NCBI RefSeq assembly: GCF_001194135.2
Contig: NC_068981.1
Span: 182,430,284-182,494,283, forward strand
Source: Octopus bimaculoides
Lineage: Eukaryota
Direction: 5' to 3'
Length of the DNA: 64,000 nt
In this document: piece by piece, positions 51,128 to 62,999 of the stretch
Layout of the letters: each line of letters opens with the position of its first letter
Position numbering within the stretch: position 1 is the first letter of the stretch
Notes under the pieces: generated by a model
The model's input: the letters and a program-made list of their open reading frames with translations, nothing else
What the model was told of the DNA's origin: nothing
The model's database searches: none
Program-made: the position numbers and the translations under genes

Positions 51128-52009
51128 CAATGATCATCATTTAATGTCCATGTTCCATACTGGTATGCGCTGGAAATATGTGGGTGGAGAAATCACTGTG
51201 CATAACATTTCAAGAACTGAGTTTGGTTGGGATGAACAGGTATTCTCAAGAACCTCTTGTCACCAGGCATACTGGTCCTTTGTCATCCCTTTCATGAGGC
51301 TCAGCATTTTGAGATCAGCTCTTACCACCACTTCACCTCCCATCTTCCTGGGCCACTGTCTTCCACAAGTTCCCTTCACTTTGAGTGATGAACACTTTTT
51401 CATACAGCTGTTCTCATCCATATGCATCACATGACCAAACCAAGCCAATAAGATCTAATATTATTTTGGGAATCAATTTAAGGATTCTCACTCAAAATTT
51501 ATACATATATATATACGACAGGCTTCTTTCAGTTTCCGTCTATCAAATCTGCTCACAAGATTTTGGTTTGCCCGAGGTTATGGTAGAAGACACTTGCCCA
51601 AGGTGCCATGCAGTGTGACTGAACCTGGAACCATGTGGTTGGTAAGCAAGCTACTTACCACACAGCCACTCCTGCACCTGTATATACAGGACATATATAG
51701 GACATGCAGAACACAGACCACTCCGTGTTCTATATTTCTTGACATGAGTTTTGACCTTTGTTCTGATGCGTTTCTTTTTGTATTTTTCTTTATGCATTTA
51801 CTTGTTTCAATCATTGTACTGTGACCATGTCAGAGTACGACCTTGAAGGGTTTTCAAATCTGGTACATATTCTACTGACCTTTCTCTCTCTTTCTCGTTT
51901 GCTGATGTGCATAGTTACAGGGACATAAACAAACTAACACCAGTTATCAAGCAATGTAAGACAAATGCAAACATGCATGTGCAAACACACAAGCACACAT
52001 ACATGCACA

Positions 52010-52490
52010 TGAGGGGATAGCTGCGTGAAAAAGTGCCACACCCTAACAGTTGAGGGAACCCGTGGAAGAGGTAGGCCCAGGAAGACCTGGGCTGAGGTGG
52101 TGAGGCAAGACCTTCGAACATTGGGCCTCCCCGAGGCGATGACTACTGACCGAGACCTTTGGAAATGTGCTGTGCATGAGAAGACTCGGCAAGCCAAGTG
52201 AGATCGTTGCCAGTGCCCCTGGACTGGCTCTTGTGCGGGTGGCACATAAGATGCACCATTTTGAGCGTGGTCGTTGCCAGTACCGCCTGACTGGCCTTCG
52301 TGCAGGTGACACGTAAAAGCACCCACTACACTCTCTGAGTGGTTGGCGTTATGAAGGGCATCCAGCTGCAGAAACTCTGCCAAATTAGATTGGAGCCTGG
52401 TGTTGCCATCCGGTTTCACCAGTCCTCAGTCAAATCGTCCAACCCATGCTCGCATGGAAAGCGGACGTTAAACGATGATGATGATGATGA
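52010..52490 (+). mobile_element. RTE-clade LINE 3' end
   Basis: GTRGRGRPRKTWAEVVRQDLRTLGL followed by the same 3' UTR and (GAT)n tail as 15270-16280. Confidence 0.8.
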
Positions 52491-52525
<35 letters not shown>

Positions 52526-52688
52526 ATTTGAGGATGTAAAATCCCCATAAGGGATTGTTAATAACAATCCAGATGCTGTCCAACCCATGCTAGCATGAAA
52601 AGCAGATGTTAAACAACGATGATGATGATACCAACTAGCTTTATCAAATATATAGAAAGAAAGTTCCTCAATATCTATGTATAAACAG

Positions 52689-52737
<49 letters not shown>

Positions 52738-53334
52738 TACACATGCACACACACACAGACACATATATACATACACATATAAACATACATATACACACAC
52801 ACATACATATATGTATATACACACATAGATAAATATATATAAGATATTGATTGGCCAGGAGGCTATAGTAGAAGATATTTGCCCAAGGAACTGTACAGTA
52901 GGTCTAAACCCAAAACCACATTGTTAGTTGTGAAAACAAACTTCCAAACTACACAACTACGCTGCCATGCCTGTACTTCATTTGAGTACAAAAGAGAGAG
53001 AAGACAATTGCAATGCCATAGTTGCCTGCTTGTGAAAGTAATCATTAGGGCAGATGCCACAATGTCTCCTCAGTTTTAAAGTGTAGTTTGGCTTGTAGAT
53101 TAGTATTGCGTTCACTTGGCTTCATTAAATGAAAGATTATAAGGACAGCTGGGGCAAGAAAAAAAAAATCAATATATGAAGCTACACCTTCTTTTGATAA
53201 TGATAGCAATGAGATATGATCTGGCTTATAGGATGTCACTTAAGTGAATGTGACAGGGTTTTAGTTGATCAACATTGCATATTTTATGAATGAACAACAA
53301 TTGGAGACAGTTGGTAAATTAAAAGTAGACAGGA

Positions 53335-53420
53335 TAGTAATAGTAGTAGTAGTGGTAGTAGTAGTAGTAGCAGCAGCAGCAGCAGCGGTGGTGGTGGTAG
53401 TAGTAGTAGTAGTAGTAATA
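53335..53420. repeat. Compound (AGT)n/(GCA)n/(GGT)n microsatellite
   Basis: Direct reading. Confidence 0.95.
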
Positions 53421-54699
53421 ATAAAAGTTCTATTTTCTGCTTTGGAAAAAGTGAACTGGTCTCAACTGATTCTAAATTGATTTTAATTCTTTAAGATACA
53501 TCAACTTTGAACAAAACGATGAAGTCTTTTAGATATTTCATCTTGTAATCTAAACGTATTCAATATTCAGTACAATTCTTTCATAAGAAATTATTGTGAC
53601 AAACATTTCTCTGCTTGAAATGACAGATTCATTACTTTTTACTTTTGGTGCAATGACTCTTGATGTAGTAAATGGTTCTAAGCAAGGCAAATTATTAATA
53701 ACAATTCCATAATGTTGGCAATTTGAGAAGTTGTTAGAATGCTTGCAGCATTAACATTTGTTCTGATGTTTGGCACTTCAAGTTCTGATCCCACTGAGGT
53801 TGAATTTGCCTTTTATTCTTTAAGGGTTTATAAAAATGTATCAATCCATAGCTGTGGGTTGGTGGAAGTGTAGGGAACATCAGACCAAATGCTTTGTGAT
53901 ATTTGTTCCTACTTGTTCTCTTTTAAGTTCAAATTCTGTCATAGCTTACCTGGGTGGTTGTTTCAATTTGTTACTCAGTTTAAAGCAGGTACCTTGGATG
54001 CCTTTACCAAAATCCACTTGGTTATTAGCATTCAGGCCAGGTCTTTGGTTTAAAGATATCTTACTCCCTCCCTTACTAGTCTTAAAGGTCCTGTGAAGGG
54101 CCATAGGTATTGCCTTCCCTTCTGACCAAAAAGAAAAAAAGAAGCCTGATTGATAATTGTCCATCTACATAATACAAAATGGATATTTTGAGCTATAACT
54201 TATGAACATGGATGGCCAGAAATTGCTTTCACCATAATGGGGATATCTTTAATGAAACGTGTGGCTGTTGTGATAATGTTCAATAAGGGCAATTGCAAAA
54301 AGCTACTGAATAGGATGAACCCATACATCTACACATCATTGTTTGTCAACGAGGAACAAGGAAATGATCACTGATATTTTGAATGATGTTCAACACAGTA
54401 TACCACATTTAGATTGGATGTCACTACTATCAAAAACTAAAACAATTTAGGATTGTGTGATGGTATCATCATCATCATTTAATATCCATTTTCCATACTG
54501 GCATAGATTGGATGGTTTGACAAGATCCTGCAAGCTGCAGGAATGTGTTAAGCTTCAATGCCAACCACTTTATAGAGAGTGCTTTTTGTCATGCTACTGA
54601 CATTAGTAAGATTGTCAAGTAATTTGCAACACAAGAAAAGGCCCCTTGACTAAGGGTGGTGGTGGTGGGATATTTCATGTGTTGCATGTAAAAAAAATA

Positions 54700-55170
54700 C
54701 ATCAAAAAATTTAAAAGAAATCTGGGCATCCTCACATTCAGTTTACTCAGGGACATAAGAACTGGACATCATCAGGTTGGTCAAAAATCCTACATCTAGT
54801 TGAGTCTTGCATTTACTTTCTTCAGTTGAAAAGACCGAGTAAACATCTGACATCATACAGGAGAAGATTTTTAATCAGAGTCCATGAATCTAAGTTAATC
54901 AATGGTAGTGGCAAGGTCATGATTTGGAGCAATGTATGTGAGGAAAGGGACAGTCCCATATATTATGTCAAAGCCATGAACAGTAAAGCCAGTTTGGAAA
55001 TGCTGGGCAGCATTTTTCAACATGACAACAATCTAAAGCATAATACAGGAATAACCAAGGAATTCATCAAAAGCAAGAAACTGAGTGGTGCAGTGTTTAG
55101 TACAATCTCTTGTACTAAATCTAAAACAAAATGGGTTGACATGAAAACTCAACAAAGTTTAGGAAATTGA
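54700..55170 (+). pseudogene. Tc1-family transposase relic
   Basis: Degenerate motifs HKNWT..W.KIL..ES, GSGKVMIW and IFQHDNNLKH..TKEFI, matching the Tc1 DDE domain; frameshifted. Confidence 0.7.
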
Positions 55171-56679
55171 GTGAATTCTAGGATTATACAGATATGACTG
55201 TGGTTAAGAAGCTTGCTTTGCAACCACATGGTTTTGGGTTCAATCCTACTGTACAGCACCTTGGGCAAGTGTCTTTTACTATGACCCCAGGCTGACTAAT
55301 GCATTGTGAGTTAATTTGGTAGATGGGAATGTGTGTTTGTGTGCGCGTGTGTGTATAAGTATTATGTGTTGGTTTTTGTATATGTCTCCCACTTGACAAC
55401 TGGTGTAGGTTTGTTTACATTCATAACTTAGCAGTTCAGCAAAAGACACTGATAGAATAAGTACCAGACTTAAATAAGTGCTGGGGTCAATTTGTTTGAC
55501 TAAACCCTTCAAGGCAGTGCTCCAGCAGAGCCACAGTCCAATGACTGAGGCAAGTACAAGACAAAGGATAAAAGACAGTCTCAAAAGGAAAAATGGAATA
55601 AATTATGATAATCAAATTTGTAAATTCCACATCTCATAGATGCCATTTGGTTTTAACCCTTTAACATTTANNNNNNNNNNNNNNNNNNNNNNNNNNNNNN
55701 NNNNNNNNNNNNNNNNNNNNNNNNNNNNNNNNNNNNNNNNNNNNNNNNNNNNNNNNNNNNNNNNNNNNNNNNNNNNNNNNNNNNNNNNNNNNNNNNNNNN
55801 NNNNNNNNNNNNNNNNNNNNNNNNNNNNNNNNNNNNNNNNNNNNNNNNNNNNNNNNNNNNNNNNNNNNNNNNNNNNNNNNNNNNNNNNNNNNNNNNNNNN
55901 NNNNNNNNNNNNNNNNNNNNNNNNNNNNNNNNNNNNNNNNNNNNNNNNNNNNNNNNNNNNNNNNNNNNNNNNNNNNNNNNNNNNNNNNNNNNNNNNNNNN
56001 NNNNNNNNNNNNNNNNNNNNNNNNNNNNNNNNNNNNNNNNNNNNGCCCAAATATTGTATCTGTTTTATGTTTCAACTGGCCATATTCAACCCTTCATACC
56101 TACCCTACAATGTTATTCTAAAAATAAACAATCACATCATCAAAATTTCAAAGCTATGAGATAGCGCAGGATCAATTCAAATCAATGCAAATAAATAAGC
56201 ATTAGACAGAATAATCCGAATGCAAAAGGATTAAGAAATTTTGGTATGGATTAGGGCCAAACAGTTTTTATTTTCCTTGATCTTTAATGAACATACTCCA
56301 TTTTATGGACAAAAAATTTGTATGCTTTAAATTAAAGTAATACTAATACTGTCAATAATTACATTAGGCTAATTAAAATTTGGTTTTTAAAACTTACATA
56401 ATTAATAAGAGTGAAAATGTTTTTCTTTTCATATAGAATTTGAATTATAGGTAATTAAAGTAATTAAAGAAATTAAATTGATTATTAATTAATGGATGGA
56501 TGGATGGATGTTTAGTGATAACAGCATGGTAAAATGCATTCAGTCCATACTTTTTGAAGCATAAACTAGGGAAATAAGAAGAACGTCAATGATAAAAAAT
56601 TAAACTGAAAAAGAAAAGAATAGAGCTGTGAACTGTGAAAGTTACCAGCTGCCTTGGAAAGCAGTAACTCTGAAGAAAA

Positions 56680-56859
56680 ATAGTCTTCTAGGCTGTAGTT
56701 TCTGGCTTAGAATTTCTGGAACCACCATTGATACTGGCTTACCCTTATTGTCCAATCCCCATATACGGCATTAATATTCCTTACACTTTCTGTTGCGTTG
56801 TTGCCTTTATTGAACCCATAAAGCAAAATATGCCGAATATGCTCTTTTGTTACTTCCAT
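56680..56859 (-). pseudogene. Mariner transposase N-terminal HTH relic
   Basis: Translates MEVTKEHIRHILLYGFNKGNNATESVRNINAVYGDWTIRVSQYQWWFQKF*ARNYSLED, a typical mariner N-terminus, with an internal stop. Confidence 0.82.
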
Positions 56860-57062
56860 TATAGCTTTGGAAAAATATAGTTAAAATCGAGCTGCATTGT
56901 TCAAAATTTGAACTAAGAATTAGGTAAAATCACTACCTGCTTTTATAGTAAGTTGATGCAGGTAGTTTATCTTATTCCCCTCTGACTTTTAGTTCATGCA
57001 ATTGAAAAAACCGCATTATTTATGGGATGACCCAATATACCTATATATATATATAACGATGG

Positions 57063-57197
57063 TCACTTACAACCATTACATGATGTCTAGACAAGGGCAC
57101 ACATACACACACACACACATATCACATGCATACATGTGTATGTGTGTGTGTGTGTGTGTGTGCCCTTGTCTAGACATCATGTAATGGTTGTAAGTGA
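57063..57197. repeat. Near-perfect 135-nt palindromic hairpin
   Basis: 41-bp perfect outer arms, (CA)n/(TG)n inner arms, cacatg-cata-catgtg apex. Confidence 0.9.
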
Positions 57198-57583
57198 GCA
57201 TAGTTGTCATACAAGCAATGCTGTTCCTTTCCAGTCTTCCATGAAAACCATGTCTGGCCATGGAAAATATGGGGGAAAATGCATCTGATGAAACTAGACT
57301 AAAGAAAATGTGTGAAAAATAATATAAAAGTAGTTAGTTAAAGCTTGAGAGATTTAAGATGAGACAAGGTTCAAATTTATGGACAGACATTATGATTCCA
57401 ACATGCCAAACCAACATCAACATGGACATGTGAGTGTAAACATTTTAGTGACGAAAATGAAGACATTGTTAAAGAAAGTGAAGATAAAAACGTGTTGATC
57501 GTAAATAATTTAATCAAGTAAAAACAAAACGATAACAGACAAGTAAAAGTGTCGATATCACAGAAATGTTATCAGAACATGGT

Positions 57584-57681
57584 TTAAAGCATTGCTCTAA
57601 TGACACTTTGCTGAGAGACAGAAGCAAGTAAAGTACCATTTTGTGCCCAGAAACGTCCTGTATTAAAGCCTGTTCCATCAC
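57584..57681 (-). CDS. ACOT8: ACOT8 terminal coding exon
   Basis: cattacag acceptor, phase 1; (G)DGTGFNTGRFWAQNGTLLASVSQQSVIRAML then TAA, aligning with human GSRGLVHGRLWRQDGVLAVTCAQEGVIR. Confidence 0.9.
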
Positions 57682-57847
57682 CTGTAATGAGACAAAAGCA
57701 CAATGAAAAGAAATTTTAAAAATAACCTATATGCAAGTTTGCCTGCATTTACAGAAAAGAAAAACAAATTAAATCCTATTTATTTACTGAATGGTATTTA
57801 TGAAACCCAGAAAAATGGAAGGTGATATTTGAACTCAGAATGTTTAA

Positions 57848-58066
57848 CTCTTTAGCAGTTAAACTAGCCATATTCGTCTAAAATAGATTACCTGTTTTAT
57901 CAACAAATCAGCCAGATCTGGCTTTCACACCTAACCTACAATATCATTTAAAAAATAAACAATCACATCATTGAAATCTCAAAGCTATGAAATATTGCAT
58001 GGTTAATTCAAAACAATGTGAATAAATAAGCATTACATTTGACGGAGTAATCTGAATGCTAAAGGG
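57848..58066. mobile_element. piggyBac-type MITE (same family as 2185-2404, opposite orientation)
   Basis: TTAA|ctctttagca ... tgctaaaggg|TTAA. Confidence 0.72.
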
Positions 58067-58561
58067 TTAAGATGTGACTAAACAGCTAAATGCTGCAAGG
58101 TCCTTTGTCTATGCTTTACTGTTGCTGTTACTCCACTATATTTCCATCAGGGTAAATAATGATTTCTTTTAAGGTTTCAGATTTATAAGAGAAGAGAGAG
58201 AAATGAATAATTGTCATACAATGAGTACTTTTCCAAAGGTATTAATGAGAAAAGCAAAGTGAAATAGTTTCAACTGATAACCCACATCAGATTATAAACA
58301 GTTCACTATGAGCTTACTCTTTCCACATTTGAAAATGTGCAGGGTCAATTACGTGCAAGAAAAATTTCAGTTGATCAAATTGGAATTGATATATTGGTTT
58401 CAAATTTTAGCACAAGGCCATTAATTTTGGGGTGGGGGAAGTCAATTACACTGACCCCAGGGTTCAACTTGTACTTAATTTATTGACCCTGATGTCTTGC
58501 AAACAACTCACACATGCAAGTGCTACCAGTCAAGAATTCCGCATACCGGAAGCCAGCAAGT

Positions 58562-58617
58562 GTATGGGGTCATCAGGAGAGAATGCGCGCCGTTTCGGGA
58601 CCTACCTCTCGACGGCA
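58562..58617 (-). ncRNA. Candidate non-circularly permuted hammerhead ribozyme (helix II defective in this copy)
   Basis: The minus strand reads tgccgTC-gagagg-ta-ggtccc-GAAA-cggcg-cgcat-tctctc-CTGATGA-cccc. Helix III (tgccg/cggcg plus core A-U) and helix I (gagagg/tctctc, written 5'-3') are both complementary around intact CUGAUGA, GAAA and GUC core motifs. Helix II does not pair as written. Confidence 0.5.
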
Positions 58618-60930
58618 TCAATGCGCACCGGCCCCGCTTGCTAGATCAACTGGTTATTAAAAACAAAGCTCAATATTTCTCCAGCCATCGCTAGAAAGAA
58701 TTGATCTATTGCAAAAGTTTGTATCAACTCTAAAGGAATGATCAATATATAGGCAGCAAAGTTAAAGTATCAGATAACCACACTATCACTGTTTTGTGTC
58801 TATGGTAACAATACTCTAACATTTACTATAATAGATAGAGGCATTACTAGAAATGGATGAATATTTTATTCACTTAAACCACTGAATTAAGTTTTGCTGT
58901 GGGTCTGGAGAAGGTATTGAGAAACAGTAAGCCATTATTTCAGTGTATTTTCCCTTAGAATACCTACATAAACACCAAACCTCTTAGAGAGAGGAAAAGC
59001 AAATGTAGTAGGATTTGAAAAGAGCAAAGTAATTGTCGTAAACTATCTAGTCTGGCTGTCAACCAGTTATTTTATAACATCTTTACCTCGTTGCATGTGC
59101 TAAATGATAAATGAAACAAGTAGTTGCAGAATATTTAATACTAGCAGGACCCATGGAAATTCTGCGGTATAAGTCAGCACATTTGAAAACATTATGTTAG
59201 TATATTGAACACAAGCAAAGAATTTCAAAAAGTTTTTTGATATCTAGCCATTTAATAAGGTATTACTTAAATACCTCTTTGTAATATGTTCGACAGATAT
59301 GATGTGCTTTATAGTTTAAGGAAATAAAAGACAAATTAAGAAGATAAAACTTATTCATATATATTGACTAAATGTCTATTATTTATAATTTTCTTAAATG
59401 TTTATCCCTGTGCCTTATTTATTGTCAGAGACAGCTTTATAGGAAGCTGAACTTATTCTGAAATGAAATGAAGAGTGGAATCGTTTGGAGTCAGCTTCAT
59501 GCAAGGTATTAGGAAATGCATTCTTTCTTGTGCACTTGTAATCGAAGTGGCTTCAATGCAATTATTGTGAAGGCTGACACATCCCACATGTAGTTCGAAT
59601 TTATGTTTTGAAAAATAATCCTTTTCATTCTTTCTCTTTTTAGCTAATATTGTCCATCGTGCTTTTTACGTGCCACCGGCATGAGAGCCAGCTGGGGGCA
59701 CTGACATTGACCACGTTGGCATGGTGCTTTGTATATATATAATGTCTTGTTCCAGTCTGGTCCAAAACTCTTGGTGTTGATATCTAGCTTCAAGTCAATC
59801 TTGAGATAGAGAAGACCTATGACCAAAGCTATTTCAGCCCCAACTATCTTCTCTATTTCAGACACAATATATCTAGGACAACATTATTCAATGTGCACTT
59901 CCTTTTTAAAGACAGTACAAATTAATTTAAAAGATTAAGCTACTGTTTCTAACAGGCCAAGCAATGCCTTTGTTGCATCATTGTTGTTGTTGTTGCTGCT
60001 GCTGTTGTTTTGTTCCATGTATTGACTATGATCCATGCTTTTCCATCTTTGACCATCCTGGCTTTTTGTCTGTAACCACATTATCCAACGCGGTTGTCCT
60101 TTTTTAAGATAATAGGGTATTATTTATGCAAGTTTTGACTTCTATTTCTAGCAGGTAGAAGGACTGCATACAGGATCCCTTATTGGTCCAAGTTGTGTTG
60201 CTGCATTTACAGTTACTGTTCATATTAAATAGCCCCAGGCACTCTGCCCAGACATGTCTATAAGTCTTGCTTGCTTGATTTAGGCTAACAGCAATTTAAA
60301 TGCCATTGCTTTGTTTGTTTGTTCTTTTATCATTAAATCATTACTGATGCTTATGGGTGTGGACATGTAACAGTTTTGCTAAGAGAGTACTTTCAAAAAA
60401 TATCAATAAGATACTGAAATAAGAGAGCTGATGGTGCAGACACGAGTGAATGCAAGCAGAAATTTGTCTCATCACCAGAAATGTGAAAATAACAATAAGA
60501 ATTTCAATGGAAAAATTAATAAAGACTATGGTGTTTGTGTTTCTAATTCTCTGAAGTCAAATTACTTTGAGGTTTGGAGTTGAACAGTTTAAAGACAATC
60601 ACCATTTCACAGAATTACATTTCAGTCCAACAGCAGCAAACAAACGATTTATGCTCAGTTCTTCAGTAACTTCTAATTCACAAATTCTAAAAGTTTTACA
60701 AGTACAAAAGGCATGTGGCGAAGTGGTTAGTGTGTTGCACTCAAGATCACAAGATTATAGTTTCAATTCCAAGGTTAGGCTGTGCATTGTGTTCTTGAGC
60801 AAAATACTTCATTTCACATCACTCCAGTCAATCCTTCTGTGTGGAATCTTGGGCAAATGTCTTTTACTATAGCCTCAAGCCAATTAAAGCCTTTGAGTAG
60901 ATTTGGCAGGCAGAAATTGTCGTGTACATA

Positions 60931-60986
<56 letters not shown>

Positions 60987-61093
60987 NNNNNNNNNNNNNN
61001 NNNNNNNNNNNNNNNNNNNNNNNNNNNNNNNNNNNNNNNNNNNNNNNNNNNNNNNNNNNNNNNNNNNNNNNNNNNNNNNNNNNNNNNNNNNNN

Positions 61094-61257
61094 ATAAAAT
61101 TAATGTGGGATATAGAATATGGAATATATAATATAAATAGTAAAATGAAATGAAGTATTGAATGTCTTATTGAATAAATGAAATATTGAGTATTAAATAT
61201 ATACATTTTACTATTTATATTATATATTCCATATTCTATATCCCACATTAATTTTAT
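61094..61257. repeat. Perfect 54-bp inverted repeat with 56-nt spacer
   Basis: 61094-61147 is the exact reverse complement of 61204-61257; the left arm starts at the edge of an N gap. Confidence 0.88.
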
Positions 61258-61305
61258 AAGAATATAAATAAAACATAAAAAACAGACAGAGTTGGAACTC
61301 TTTTG

Positions 61306-61336
<31 letters not shown>

Positions 61337-61453
61337 CCAGGTACCATTAGATGAAATTGGAAGACATGTCAAGCAGAGTTATGCAGTGATTGAAGTCACT
61401 ACTCATTACTTATTATGTCTAAGTAAAATAGCAATAGAATTATTAATACTGAC

Positions 61454-61642
61454 CAGCATATGAGCTTTCTGTTTCATATAACACCCATTCATTCATATCA
61501 ACATCATTATGGAACCAAACTGAATGATCTAATGAGGTGATGAATAATTTATCTTTAGGTGCAGTATTTGGGAGAAGTGATGTTTCAACAATGTTATCAG
61601 AAAAATATGTCAAAATACAGCGATGGTGGTTTTGGTTTTTCT
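61454..61642 (-). CDS. ACOT8: Acyl-CoA thioesterase 8 (TesB/thioesterase II family), penultimate coding exon
   Basis: tcttcag acceptor and G|GTCAGT donor (phase 1-1). KNQNHHRCILTYFSDNIVETSLLP...FITSLDHSVWFHNDVDMNEWVLYETESSYA matches the ACOT8 motifs H.C..AY.SD and SLDHS.WFH...W.LYE.ES..A. Confidence 0.92.
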
Positions 61643-62999
61643 CTGAAGACAAGAAATAAAAAAAAAAAGTGATTAAAATAGTTATTCATATGTACAGACA
61701 TACATAAACACATACACACACAAAATGTATAGAATACAAAAAAATGGTGGGAACGAATATTATTTACATTGCTTTTAAATTAAAGAAGGAAAACAAGTTC
61801 CTTAGCTTGAATAAGCAGACGTCTTTCAATTTACCAACCTCCTCTTCTTTGAAGAGAAGTTTAGTTGACATAGAGTTTGAGTTAGCCATTCCTTAACTGC
61901 CAATAGCTAAACAAATATCTAGAGACGAAAATACTTGGAAACTTGAAGCAAGTTTGAGTTAATGATGGTGGCCTGTTGACTGAATTTATTTTTTAAACTG
62001 TTTGTCACAACAAATACTTGAATATGTTGCTTGATTAACTGATTTTATGTAATAGAGGTAAAACAACAATAAACGAATATGCAGAGCTTCAAACAATGCA
62101 AAAAGAGTAAGTTAAGTAACTTTTTATATATTTCAGAAACAAAGGCTCGTCATCAGAAGTGGAGGGTTGCTTAGAAAGGTAAGTTTATGTAGATACTGCC
62201 ATTATTGATGCAGTAATACTTTCAGTAAGCTGCAACGTTCATCTTTTATTATGAAATGAAATTTATCTCAGTTTTCATGATGTTCGACCATTGAAAATTG
62301 TTTCCAAAATCATCATCATCATCATCATCATCATTTAACGTCCGCTTTCCATGCTAGCATGGGTTGGACAATTTGACTGGGGACTGGCGAACCAGAAGGC
62401 TGCACCAGACTCCAATCTGATCTGGCAGAGTTTCTACAGCTGGATGCCCTTCCTAACGCCAACTACTCCGAGAGTGTAGTGGGTGCTTTTACGTGCCACC
62501 AGCACGAGGGCAAGTCCGGCGGTACTGGCAACGGCCACGCTCAACTGCACAGGAGTCAGTCCAATGTTTTGTTCACATGCCACCAGCACAAGTGCCAGTA
62601 AGGTGAAGCTAGAAACGATCGCGCTCAAATGGTGCTTTTTACGTGCCACCGGCACGGAAGCAAGACCGCTGCTCTGACAGTGATCCTGCTCAGATGGTGC
62701 TGTTAGCACTCCACTGGCATGGGTGCCAGTCATCGAATTTGGTTCAGTTTCGATCATTGAATAGGAATAGGAATTTGAGTAGAAACATCACTGAACAGAA
62801 ACACACAAGTTTGGTATACAGCAAGATTTGGACGCAATATTTAAGTTCAGAAAACATTCTCCAGTTTATGATAGTGAGTTGTAATTCCTTCATGGTAATT
62901 TTTACAGCTGGATATACTGGATTGTTATGAGTTGATGTTTTTGTCAAATACAAAGTTTAGTGCCAACAATGATCAACTTTAAATCTCTCATCCAGTAAC

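Noticed and set aside
62137-62178. Plus-strand exon-like segment with good AG/GT signals
   Set aside because: The preceding donor would imply a 30-nt intron, and there is no partner exon or recognisable peptide.
62744-62953. 69-aa minus-strand ORF upstream of the ACOT8 exon
   Set aside because: No similarity to the expected ACOT8 segment (PIEIKPV...FWVR) and no fitting phase-1 donor.
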